NCBI GenBank assembly: GCA_019637855.1
Contig: JAHBUX010000001.1
Location: forward strand, 16,754 to 80,753
Length of the DNA stretch: 64,000 bases
From: Bdellovibrionales bacterium
GTDB taxonomy: Bacteria; Bdellovibrionota; Bdellovibrionia; Bdellovibrionales; UBA1609
Direction: 5' to 3'
In this document: piece after piece, positions 47,743 to 56,997 of the stretch
Numbering within the stretch: the first letter of the stretch is position 1
How the letters are laid out: each line of letters begins with the position of its first letter
Translations under genes and position numbers: made by a program
Notes under the pieces: generated by a model
The model's database searches: none
The model's input: only the letters and a program-made list of their open reading frames with translations
Told to the model about the DNA's origin: nothing

Positions 47743-48981
47743 ATGAATCCGAAACGTCCCAATAATTTCTATCTGATCCTTATGCTGGGCTCACTCACCG
47801 CGCTGAGTCCGTTTTCGATCGACATGTATCTTCCGGCTTTTCCGAAGATCGCTTCTGACTTTGGCGTCAGCGTGACCGAAGTTTCGCTCTCACTGTCGAG
47901 CTACTTTATCGGCTTAGCCTGTGGTCAATTGTTCTACGGCCCCCTGCTCGATCGCTTTGGCCGCAAGCCCCCACTTTACGGAGGTTTGATTCTCTACATC
48001 TTAGCCACTCTGGGTTGTATGCTATCGCGCTCGATTGAAAGCTTAGTTGCGTTTCGCTGTCTGCAGGCGTTGGGCGGATGCGCGGCTCAAGTCGCGTCCG
48101 TCGCTATGGTACGCGACTTTTTTGAAGGTCGCGAGATGGCCAAGATTTTCTCTCTGTTGGTTCTGATCTTGGGCGTGTCGCCTCTACTAGCGCCGACCAC
48201 CGGCGCTTACCTGGCGGAACACTACGCCTGGCACTCCGTCTTTATCGCTTTGCTGATTATCGGCTGCGCGCTGCTGGCGATGGTGTTCTTCTTTTTGCCC
48301 GAGGGACATCAGCCTGATAAAAGCCAATCGCTGCGTTTGGGGCCGATCTTCAAAGGCTATTTTTCTATTCTGTCGCATCCGCGTTTTTACACGTACACAT
48401 TTGCGGGCGCCCTCGCCTTCTCGGGTCTGTTCGTCTATCTCGCGAGCTCACCGGTGGTGTTTTTGGAGATCTATAAAGTCCCACCTGAAACCTACGGCTG
48501 GATCTTTGGAATGTTGGCGGCAGGTCTGATCGGCTGCAGTCAGTTGAACATTCTATTGATGCGCAAGTTCAGCAGTGATCAGATTCTGGTCAGCAGCCTG
48601 ACCTTCGGTGCAATCATCACTTTGATCTTTATGACTGGCTCTTATCTTGGAGTATACGGCTTGTTCGGGACAATTCTACTGCTCTTCCTTTACCTTTCAT
48701 CGGCCGGTCTGGTGAACCCCAATGCAGCGTCCTTGGCGTTGGCACCGTTTGGCCGCAACGCCGGTAGTGCTTCAGCCTTGATGGGCTCAATCCAGATGAC
48801 CGTTGGCGCCATCGCCTCGACCGCAGTTGGTTTGGTGACGGTAAAAGAGATGTTCCCGTTTACAGTTATATTCGCGATCGCTGCCTCTTTAGGTCTGGCC
48901 GCTTTGCTGTTCGGTAAGAGCAAACATGACAAAGCCGCAGCGACGAGCCAAACTATTCTCAGTGAGCCTGAGAGTTTATAA
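47743..48981 (+). CDS. Bcr/CflA family multidrug MFS transporter
   Basis: IDMYLPAFP, GQLFYGPLLDRFGRKP, AGSASALMG. Confidence 0.92.
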   Translation: MNPKRPNNFYLILMLGSLTALSPFSIDMYLPAFPKIASDFGVSVTEVSLSLSSYFIGLACGQLFYGPLLDRFGRKPPLYGGLILYILATLGCMLSRSIESLVAFRCLQALGGCAAQVASVAMVRDFFEGREMAKIFSLLVLILGVSPLLAPTTGAYLAEHYAWHSVFIALLIIGCALLAMVFFFLPEGHQPDKSQSLRLGPIFKGYFSILSHPRFYTYTFAGALAFSGLFVYLASSPVVFLEIYKVPPETYGWIFGMLAAGLIGCSQLNILLMRKFSSDQILVSSLTFGAIITLIFMTGSYLGVYGLFGTILLLFLYLSSAGLVNPNAASLALAPFGRNAGSASALMGSIQMTVGAIASTAVGLVTVKEMFPFTVIFAIAASLGLAALLFGKSKHDKAAATSQTILSEPESL

Positions 48982-51040
48982 CCGCAAACGTAAGTTCGCC
49001 GAGACGCCGGAGCCGCGCGGAAAATCGCGCAAAGGCGGCAAGGGACTGCTGCGTTTTGTGGTGCAGATGCACGCAGCCACACGCCTGCATTTCGATCTGC
49101 GTCTGGAATTCGGCGGCGTTTTTAAAAGTTGGGCGGTGCCTAAGGGACCGTCGCTCAATCCCTTAGATCAGCGGCTGGCCGTTTTCGTCGAAGATCATCC
49201 CCTCGCCTACGGTTCTTTCGAAGGCATTATTCCCGGTGGCAACTACGGCGCCGGCACCGTTCTGCTATGGGATGAAGGAACTTACATCGAACGTGGTTCC
49301 AAGTCGCGCAAAGACAGCGAAGCAGCAGTCAAGAAGGCGTTTGAGAAGGGGCATATCACCTTCATTCTCAATGGCCACAAGCTCAAAGGCGAATTCGCCC
49401 TGATCAAGCTCAAGAAAGACCCAAAAGAGAAAGCTTGGTTGCTAGTGAAGAAACGCGATGAGCACTCCACCTATAAACGCAAAGGCATCAGGAACGATCT
49501 AAGTGTGAAAACCGGGCGCACCATCGAAGAGATCGCCGCCGAAGCTGAGGGCAAGAAAGAAGTGTGGTCATCCGGCCGCAAGGTGAAAGCGGCACCGCCT
49601 ACAATAAAGTCCACGTCCACGCCAAGAAATGAAAAGGCCGCTTTGCCCCGCAAGATCAAACCCATGCTCGCAACACTTTCTAACAAACCTTTGACTTCGA
49701 AAGGTTGGCTGTTTGAACACGCACCCAACGGCCTTAGAGCGCTAGCCGAAGTCGAGAAGACACGACGTCATCTGTATTCCAAATCAGGGCTGTCCTTTGA
49801 CAAGAAGTTCCCGCAAATCCTCGCCGCGCTGAAAGCCCAACCCACTCCGCTTCTGCTCGATGGTGAGGTCACCCAGTCCAAATCCGGCAACGCTATTTAT
49901 CACGTTTATGATTTGCTCTATGAAAACGGCAAAGATTTACGCAAGACCCCACTCAAGGAGCGGCGCGAGCGTCTTGCGCAAGTGTTAAAGACGGGAAAGC
50001 ACATTCAGCTGGTACCGACCTTGAAAGCTCAAGACAGTAAGACTCTCACCGTCGCCAAAAAAGAAAGCAGTCTTTATCACTCGGGCACTTCAAAAGAGTG
50101 GCTGCAATTGCCCGAAACTAAGAAGGGCGAGACCGGAACGACCAGCGCGGATGAGCCTCGGCTTACCAATCTGGACAAAATCTATTGGCCCAAAGAGCAA
50201 ATCACGAAGGGCGATCTGATCGCGTATTACAAATCCATAGCTCCCTACATCCTTCCACATCTGAAGGACCGACCGCAGTCGTTGAATCGTTTTCCCAACG
50301 GCATCGCGCGCCCTGGATTTTATCAGAAAGACGTAACCGGCCATATTCCGCGCTGGTTAAAGACCGAACGGATTTTCTCCGAATCCGCGGATAAATCCAT
50401 CGACTATGCTCTTTGCCAAGATGAGCGCAGTTTGTTGTATCTAGTGAACTTGGGCTGCATCGAAATGAATCCGTGGTTTTCACGCGTGGGACACCTAGAT
50501 CATCCTGATTTTTTGGTGATCGACTTGGACCCTGACGACAATGAGTTCTCCCATGTGATGGAAGTGGCGCTGGAAATCCATCGTGTTCTGGATGAAGTCG
50601 GTGCTCCCAACGCGTGTAAGACTTCCGGTGCAACGGGCATTCATATCGGCATACCCACTGGCGGGCGCTACGACTTTGATGAAGTGAGAGCGTTCGCCGA
50701 AGCCGTCTGCCGCGTGGTCCTTAAAAAATTTCCGGCCACCACTAGCATGGATCGCAGTCCCGCGCGCCGCCGGCACAAAATCTATCTGGACTGTATGCAA
50801 AACCGGCGTGCTCAAACCCTGGCCGCACCGTTTTGCGTGCGCCCACGTGAAGGGGCGCCAGTCTCCATGCCGCTCGCCTGGAAGGACCTGCACCCTCGAC
50901 TTAAGCCTGAACATTTCCACATTGGAAACGCATTGCAGCGTGTACAGAAGTTCGGCGATTCATGGAAGCTCGTGCTCGGTACACCGCTGAATCTCTCGAA
51001 GTGTTTGAAAAACCTCCGCAAGATCTACGACGAGGACTAA
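48962..51040 (+). CDS. ligD: LigD-like protein: intact phosphoesterase and polymerase domains, degenerate ligase domain
   Basis: PE motifs VQMHAATRLHFDLRLE, WAVPKGP, EDHP..Y..FEG. POL motifs TNLDKIYWP, VIDLDP, KTSG..GIH, YLDCMQN. Ligase motif I reads EHAPNG. GTG start 48962 inferred. Confidence 0.9.
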   Translation: MSLRVYNRKRKFAETPEPRGKSRKGGKGLLRFVVQMHAATRLHFDLRLEFGGVFKSWAVPKGPSLNPLDQRLAVFVEDHPLAYGSFEGIIPGGNYGAGTVLLWDEGTYIERGSKSRKDSEAAVKKAFEKGHITFILNGHKLKGEFALIKLKKDPKEKAWLLVKKRDEHSTYKRKGIRNDLSVKTGRTIEEIAAEAEGKKEVWSSGRKVKAAPPTIKSTSTPRNEKAALPRKIKPMLATLSNKPLTSKGWLFEHAPNGLRALAEVEKTRRHLYSKSGLSFDKKFPQILAALKAQPTPLLLDGEVTQSKSGNAIYHVYDLLYENGKDLRKTPLKERRERLAQVLKTGKHIQLVPTLKAQDSKTLTVAKKESSLYHSGTSKEWLQLPETKKGETGTTSADEPRLTNLDKIYWPKEQITKGDLIAYYKSIAPYILPHLKDRPQSLNRFPNGIARPGFYQKDVTGHIPRWLKTERIFSESADKSIDYALCQDERSLLYLVNLGCIEMNPWFSRVGHLDHPDFLVIDLDPDDNEFSHVMEVALEIHRVLDEVGAPNACKTSGATGIHIGIPTGGRYDFDEVRAFAEAVCRVVLKKFPATTSMDRSPARRRHKIYLDCMQNRRAQTLAAPFCVRPREGAPVSMPLAWKDLHPRLKPEHFHIGNALQRVQKFGDSWKLVLGTPLNLSKCLKNLRKIYDED

Positions 51041-51096
51041 AGTCCATCTCGCCATAAGTCGATGAGTGGTATGGACCACCGTTGAGGAGATTCACC

Positions 51097-51702
51097 ATGG
51101 CGAAGGCATCGGCGAAAACCAAAAAGATCGATCCATTCAAAACCAAGAAGACCAAAACGGAATCCAACGATGCCGGTGATACGCTGTCTCCTCCCGCTGA
51201 AGTCGCGGAAGCCATCGATGCTTTCCGTGAGGCCCAAGATCAAGCCAAACACTTTGAAGGCGAAGCCACCATTCACAAAAACACAATTCTTGGCTATTCA
51301 GAAAACGAGTACGTCAAACGACTCCTGTCGGGAAAAAACAATTCATTCAAGGTCCTGGGCGAAGAAACCATGGTTACGTATGTGGTCATGGATGCCAGTG
51401 CTGGGCTCACCGACGAAGACATCGAGGACTTCACCAACAACTTTGGCGCCAAGGCTGCGGAAGACTTAATCGTGCGCGATTTCGCCAGCATCAAGTTTGA
51501 CGCCAAGGTGCTAGAAGCCAACTACGAAGCGGTGGTGGAGGCCCTCCAGGCGTTACCCGCCGACGTGTTGGAAAATCTCTTTAAGCCCATGCTTTACAAA
51601 GCCCGTCCAGGCGCGGCTGAAGGCGCAAAGCATTATGCGAAAAAGGCCGACGATCTACTGGATATGTTGAAGGCGTTGCGCATTAAGAACTACATCCGCT
51701 AG
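51097..51702 (+). CDS. Hypothetical protein (basic N-tail, predicted long helix)
   Basis: Strong GAGGAG RBS before ATG 51097; no family recognised with confidence. Confidence 0.8.
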   Translation: MAKASAKTKKIDPFKTKKTKTESNDAGDTLSPPAEVAEAIDAFREAQDQAKHFEGEATIHKNTILGYSENEYVKRLLSGKNNSFKVLGEETMVTYVVMDASAGLTDEDIEDFTNNFGAKAAEDLIVRDFASIKFDAKVLEANYEAVVEALQALPADVLENLFKPMLYKARPGAAEGAKHYAKKADDLLDMLKALRIKNYIR

Positions 51703-51749
51703 GAAACGATTTGCCCTAAAAGAGGGCATCCGCCTATCTTCAGCGCCAC

Positions 51750-52376
51750 ATGCAATTGAGGAATGGGCTGCCAGGAATTTTTGAACCTACGATCTTTTCG
51801 CCACGCCGGAGATTTGTGCCACCGTCTGTGTATATCAAAGCCATGCACCCCAAAACGGAAATCAGTCCGACTCTGCCGGCGGTGGAAAAACTCTTAAAAG
51901 CCGGCTGGGCCGGCCAGATGAAAATTCACGGCCATCGCGCACAGATCCATTTGCCCGCCGATCCCAAACTGGAAGTTATTGCCTACAATCGTCAGGGACG
52001 GCCGCATAAAAAACTTCTACCCGAGGAGATTGTGGAGGAGTTGCGCCGGCTTATTCAACCCCAAAAAGGTTGGACCGTCATCGATTGCGAATGGCTCAAA
52101 CCTGAGAACAAACTGTTCCTATTTGATATTTTGAAAGACAGTGATGAGAATCTCCGTCGCCTTACCTATGCCGAACGCTACGAACTTCTCCCACGCGCCT
52201 ATATTTCCCCCTATATTCAAACCCTGCCGCTTTTAACCAGCCCCCGTAAATGCATGGATGTGCTGACCAGCGACGATGAACACAGCGAAGGTTTGGTTTT
52301 CAAATCACTGAACAGCAAAGGCTTTGAAGACACGTCGATCGTGCGTTGTCGCAAGAACCCCCGCTCTAGAAACTGA
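51750..52376 (+). CDS. Stand-alone ATP-dependent ligase-like nucleotidyltransferase domain (no OB fold)
   Basis: Motif I QMKIHGHRAQ, Ia AYNRQG, III VIDCEW, IIIa LFLFDIL, YAERYELL, IV EGLVFK. Start 51750 or 51843. Confidence 0.8.
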   Translation: MQLRNGLPGIFEPTIFSPRRRFVPPSVYIKAMHPKTEISPTLPAVEKLLKAGWAGQMKIHGHRAQIHLPADPKLEVIAYNRQGRPHKKLLPEEIVEELRRLIQPQKGWTVIDCEWLKPENKLFLFDILKDSDENLRRLTYAERYELLPRAYISPYIQTLPLLTSPRKCMDVLTSDDEHSEGLVFKSLNSKGFEDTSIVRCRKNPRSRN

Positions 52377-52398
52377 ACTTTTCTGCCGAAGAGTTCTT

Positions 52399-53265
52399 AT
52401 GTCCAAGATTTACGTAGGCATGTCCGGTTGGACCTTTGAAGGCTGGCGTGGGGGCTTTTACCCCAAAGGTTTGGCGCAAAAGAAAGAGCTCGAGTACGCG
52501 AGCCGCCAAGTCACGTCGATCGAAATCAACGGCACCTTCTATGCCTTGCAAAAGCCAGCCACCTTCGAACGCTGGTACGATGAAACACCGAAGAACTTCG
52601 TGTTTTCGATCAAAGCACCTAAGTACATCACGCATGTGCGCCGTCTCAAAGAGGTAGAAGAGCCGCTGGCCAACTTCTACGCTTCTGGGTTGCTGTGCTT
52701 AAAAGAAAAGATGGGCCCGGTGCTGTGGCAGTTTCCACCAACGGTAATGTTGAAAGACGATCGTTTTGAGAGGTTTCTCGAGCTTCTACCCTATGACGCC
52801 AAATCAGCCGCGCGCCTGGCCAAACAACACGGCGCCAAAGTCGAAGGTCGCAGCTACACTAAGGTCAGTGGTGATATTCCCATCCGCCACGCTTTCGAGT
52901 TTCGCAATCCTAGCTTCTGTAAACCTGAGTTTATCAGTCTGCTTCGCAAATACGGCGTGGCCGTGGTGTTCGCGCACTCGGGTTTGAAATCGCCTTACAT
53001 GGAAGACGTAACCGCCGACTTTGTTTACGCCCGCATGCATGGACAAGAGGGACCTTATAAAAATGGCTACCCTAAAGAATCCATCACCTGGCTTGCCGAC
53101 CGTCTTTGTCATTGGACCAAGGGCACTCAACCCACCGATGCTGACTGCATCTTGAGTGAGCCGCCTAAGGTGAAGAAGCGTGACGCCTTTGTCTACTTCG
53201 ACACCGAAGCCAAGGATCATGCGGCGACGGACGCATTGAATCTGCTGCAAGAACTCGGTCGGTAG
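52399..53265 (+). CDS. DUF72 (YecE-like TIM barrel) protein
   Basis: VGMSGW, EINGTFY, KAPKYITH, LWQFPP, EFRN.SF, TADFVYARMHG, YFD. Confidence 0.92.
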   Translation: MSKIYVGMSGWTFEGWRGGFYPKGLAQKKELEYASRQVTSIEINGTFYALQKPATFERWYDETPKNFVFSIKAPKYITHVRRLKEVEEPLANFYASGLLCLKEKMGPVLWQFPPTVMLKDDRFERFLELLPYDAKSAARLAKQHGAKVEGRSYTKVSGDIPIRHAFEFRNPSFCKPEFISLLRKYGVAVVFAHSGLKSPYMEDVTADFVYARMHGQEGPYKNGYPKESITWLADRLCHWTKGTQPTDADCILSEPPKVKKRDAFVYFDTEAKDHAATDALNLLQELGR

Positions 53266-53326
53266 ATCCCTCGGTTTGCCTGCTCTCGATCTCCAGTATA
53301 GTATTGGCCAGAAGAAGAGGTTTGCG

Positions 53327-53866
53327 ATGAAAAATACTTTATTTATTGTCGGCGCCGCTGGCTTAGCTTTGGTTCTGGCGATTGCATTTGCTTGGAACAC
53401 CAGCTCCACCGTAGAAGTCTCTCACGTCATCAACGCGCCTGTGGACAGAGTTTGGGTTCTTTGGAACGAACCGGAGAGCATGAAGCGTTGGTGGGGACCG
53501 AAACACTACACTGCCCCCGACATCGCCAATGATCTGCGCGAAGGCGGTATTTATCTTTTGGCAATGCAGGCTCCCGACGGCAAAGTTCATCGCAATGTTG
53601 GGCGCTACACAGAGATCATCGAAAAAAAGAAACTCGTTTCACAAATGGCTTTCGCCGATGAAGCGGGAAAGGCGATTCCGGCCAGCGCGGCGGGTCTTCC
53701 TGGCAAATGGCCCGATGAGATCACCGTGACTGTAGAGTTCGAGGATCTCGGAGACAAAACCAAAGTCACCGTCACTGAAACCGGAATTCCATCGATTATG
53801 TATATCTTTGCAAAAATGGGTTGGAAGCAGCAGTTCGCTAAAATCGATCAGATGATCGAAAATTAA
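53327..53866 (+). CDS. SRPBCC/AHSA1 domain protein with N-terminal signal/TM
   Basis: INAPVDRVW, WWGP, DLREGG, GW...F..I. Confidence 0.85.
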   Translation: MKNTLFIVGAAGLALVLAIAFAWNTSSTVEVSHVINAPVDRVWVLWNEPESMKRWWGPKHYTAPDIANDLREGGIYLLAMQAPDGKVHRNVGRYTEIIEKKKLVSQMAFADEAGKAIPASAAGLPGKWPDEITVTVEFEDLGDKTKVTVTETGIPSIMYIFAKMGWKQQFAKIDQMIEN

Positions 53867-53949
53867 TGACTCAGCTGCTTGCGTCTTTCGGAACTCTTGG
53901 CCGCAGCAACAATCTCTTGTAGTAGTCAGGGCACTCACAGGAGACATAG

Positions 53950-54234
53950 ATGAACTTCTTCCTCTGGCTCGGCCGCTTTGAAGGGATTTCGGTTTTAATC
54001 TTATTTTTTGTGGCTATGCCCTTGAAATACATGATGGGCTTACCCGAAGCCGTACGTTGGGTGGGTATGATCCACGGCATTCTGTTTTTAATGTACATTT
54101 TTACGGCCTACTCGATCTCACAGGAAGAAAATTGGCCGGGCAAAAAGCTGCTGATGTGCGTACTGCTGTCATCGCTTCCATTCGGTACCTTTTATTTCGA
54201 AAGCCGATATTTAAAACCACAGACGCAGACATGA
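53950..54234 (+). CDS. DUF3817 membrane protein
   Basis: EGIS..LFFVAMPLKY, GMIHG.LF, PFGTF. Confidence 0.85.
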   Translation: MNFFLWLGRFEGISVLILFFVAMPLKYMMGLPEAVRWVGMIHGILFLMYIFTAYSISQEENWPGKKLLMCVLLSSLPFGTFYFESRYLKPQTQT

Positions 54235-54241
54235 GCTGCGC

Positions 54242-54832
54242 CTAACGGCGTACGACTTTGACTAAGAAACGAACCAGTTGCAATGCCAGCAAGGCGCCAA
54301 GCCATGTGCCGTAAAAAATCAAATCGGCTTTTTCGATCAGCAGAATATGGCCAAAAAGCAAAAGCTGTACGGCATACACCGTGCGATGCAGACGTTTCCA
54401 TTTTCGCGCGCCCAATTTTCGAACGCTGAAATTATTTGACGTCAGTGCTAGTGCCAACAAAATGACAAAAGCAAGAGTGGCGAAGATCAAATAAGTTTTT
54501 GTGTAGATTTGGTCAAAGGCCTTAGCTTCGAAGCCTTCGTTTACGAAGTAGAAGAAAATGTGCATCAGTAAAATAAGAAAAGCGCTGATACCCCAGAAGC
54601 GCCGTTCCGGAATCCACATTCTTAACCACAAGGGTGGCGGACGCCATAGATCCACCACGGCGCCCAACACCAAGTTCATCGTCAATAGCGCAAGTACAAT
54701 AGTGCCGAGTTTATGCGTCAGCTCGACGGCGGGTGACGCACCTAAATCACCGATAAAGATCTGTGCGATCCAATAGGCCGGCCATATCCATATCGCGGCT
54801 CGTACCGCCCAACGTAAAAGCTTTAGCTTCAT
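54242..54832 (-). CDS. msrQ: Heme-binding membrane subunit MsrQ
   Basis: RRFWG, LALTS, WKRLHRTVY, heme His residues; adjacent to msrP. Confidence 0.85.
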   Translation of the reverse strand: MKLKLLRWAVRAAIWIWPAYWIAQIFIGDLGASPAVELTHKLGTIVLALLTMNLVLGAVVDLWRPPPLWLRMWIPERRFWGISAFLILLMHIFFYFVNEGFEAKAFDQIYTKTYLIFATLAFVILLALALTSNNFSVRKLGARKWKRLHRTVYAVQLLLFGHILLIEKADLIFYGTWLGALLALQLVRFLVKVVRR

Positions 54833-54880
54833 ACCGTTGACAGTATGACACGATCATCCGAGCCTGAGAACGGAGGATAT

Positions 54881-55795
54881 ATGGCAAAACGAACGGACTG
54901 GGGCCTACCCCACAGCGCGATCACTCCCGAGGAAGTCTACCTGAACCGCCGTAAGTTTATGCAGGGAACGGCCCTTCTCGCCGCCACAGCCGTGTTGCCC
55001 AATCCCGAATACGCACTTAAAGACGCAAAACTCACCAAGCCCGAGCTTGCCACTTCGTACAACAATTTCTACGAATTCAGCCTAGAGAAGGGCGGGGTCA
55101 AACCATTGGCCGAAAAATGGAAGATCCCGTCACCGTGGAAGGTGGAAGTCACAGGCCTTACCGACGCCAAGAGGTCTTATACACTCGAAGAGCTCGTGGG
55201 CCTAGGCGGCCCGCTAGAAGAGCGCGTGTACCGATTTCGCTGTGTTGAGGCGTGGTCTATGGTGGTGCCGTGGACGGGATTTCCGCTATATCAGTTAATC
55301 ACGAAGCTGAAGCCGAAAAAGGAAGCCAAATACGTGGCTTTCACTTCCTACGCCAATGAAAAAGAGATGCCCAACATCAAAGCGCAACCGCACTATCCAT
55401 GGCCTTACACCGAGGGGTTGCGAATGGATGAAGCCATGCATCCCCTAACATTGATGGCCACCGGCCTCTATGGCAAACCCTTGCCGGGACAAAATGGAGC
55501 TCCGATGCGCTTGGTGGTGCCATGGAAGTATGGCTTCAAAAGCATCAAGTCGGTGGTGAAGATCGAGTTCAGCGCCGAGCAACCAAAGACACTGTGGAAC
55601 CAATTGGCTCCCGACGAGTACGGCTTTTATGCCAACGTCAATCCCGAGGTGGCGCATCCGCGCTGGAGTCAAGCCAGCGAGCGCGTGCTCGACGGCAAGC
55701 TCTTTCCCACACGCATCAAGACATTGAAATTCAACGGCTACGAGAAAGAAGTGGCCGGCCTTTACAAAGACCTCGATCTTAAGAAGAACTACTAA
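54881..55795 (+). CDS. msrP: Periplasmic protein-methionine-sulfoxide reductase catalytic subunit MsrP
   Basis: ITPE..YLNRRKF (Tat), YNNFYEF, RFRCVEAWSM, EGLRMDEAMHPL, VVPWKYGFKSIK; GGAGG RBS. Confidence 0.96.
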   Translation: MAKRTDWGLPHSAITPEEVYLNRRKFMQGTALLAATAVLPNPEYALKDAKLTKPELATSYNNFYEFSLEKGGVKPLAEKWKIPSPWKVEVTGLTDAKRSYTLEELVGLGGPLEERVYRFRCVEAWSMVVPWTGFPLYQLITKLKPKKEAKYVAFTSYANEKEMPNIKAQPHYPWPYTEGLRMDEAMHPLTLMATGLYGKPLPGQNGAPMRLVVPWKYGFKSIKSVVKIEFSAEQPKTLWNQLAPDEYGFYANVNPEVAHPRWSQASERVLDGKLFPTRIKTLKFNGYEKEVAGLYKDLDLKKNY

Positions 55796-55796
55796 C

Positions 55797-56939
55797 CTAC
55801 TGCCGTTCGCGCGGCGACAGCTCCTCCACTCGCTGCGCATGCGTTAGGTGTGTGTGCTGCGGCTGACCTTCCACCACCGGAAAGGTGTCCATCAGCAAAG
55901 ACTGCGCAGGAAGAGCAAAACTGATTTTCTCGCCATCGAACTTACGAATGATATCCAACAAGAGAATCTGCTGCAGATCCATGTATACGGCTTGGTCCGG
56001 ATCCTTCACCCAGTACACCAGCTCGAAATCGAGCGAGGATGCGGCAAAACCCATAAGATGGCAGCGCTCAAAGCGCAGCTTCTCGTGTTTTTCCACAAAA
56101 CCTTTGATCCAGCCCGGGATTTTCTCTAGCTTCTCGCGCGGCGTGGAGTAGACCACGCTCACCTTCTGCACCACGCGGCGCTGATACATGCGTTTGAAGT
56201 TACGAATGCGGCTCTCCAGCAAATCTTTGTTGGAAAAGATCAGTTGCTCGCCCGAGAGACTGCGTACGCGGGTGGTTTTAATGCCGATATCCTCAACGGT
56301 ACCCATCTCGCTACCGATGACCAAGAAGTCGCCGACGATAAATGGTTTGTCGAGAGCGATGGACAGCGAAGCCAACACATCGCCTAAAACGTTTTGCGCC
56401 GCCAGAGCAACGGCAATCCCACCGATTCCCAGGCCAGCCACCAGAGCGGCGATATTGACGCCGAGATTGCTAAGGCCGATCAAAACAATAACGATCAGAA
56501 ACAAAGCTTCCACACTGGTGTAGAGCAAACCAAGTGCCGCCGCAGAGGACGCATCTTTCTGGATCTTCTTTTTCAAGATCGAATCACGCCACTGCCGAAT
56601 TATGTAAAAGCCCCAAACGGCGGTTTGGAAAACCGTGGCGGCTACAACGGCAATCATCATCAGCTGATGGATGGTTTCGGGCGGTTTTGCCGACTTGGCG
56701 AAGGCATAGAAAATCCAGATAAACAAAACGGATGAACGCAATCCATCGATCAGATCGACCATGGTGTCGTCCCAGATGGAGGCCGTTCCCGAAACCAACC
56801 GGCGCAAGCGGACAGAGACCAGTTTCAACGCCGCCTTCACGGCGATGGTCAAAAGAATGGAGGCACAGAGAATAGCCAGCCACGTCCACCCGTCGCCGCG
56901 CTCTACCAAATACCGTATTTGCCGGAAGAACTCAGTCAT
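55797..56939 (-). CDS. Small-conductance mechanosensitive channel family protein
   Basis: AGLGIGGIAVALAAQ, DKPF.VGD, GTVEDIGIKTT. Confidence 0.93.
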   Translation of the reverse strand: MTEFFRQIRYLVERGDGWTWLAILCASILLTIAVKAALKLVSVRLRRLVSGTASIWDDTMVDLIDGLRSSVLFIWIFYAFAKSAKPPETIHQLMMIAVVAATVFQTAVWGFYIIRQWRDSILKKKIQKDASSAAALGLLYTSVEALFLIVIVLIGLSNLGVNIAALVAGLGIGGIAVALAAQNVLGDVLASLSIALDKPFIVGDFLVIGSEMGTVEDIGIKTTRVRSLSGEQLIFSNKDLLESRIRNFKRMYQRRVVQKVSVVYSTPREKLEKIPGWIKGFVEKHEKLRFERCHLMGFAASSLDFELVYWVKDPDQAVYMDLQQILLLDIIRKFDGEKISFALPAQSLLMDTFPVVEGQPQHTHLTHAQRVEELSPRERQ

Positions 56940-56997
56940 CCGGCAGTTTTAACGGAGCTGAGCTGAGTTGGCCACCCGGGAATACCGACGTGGCCGA

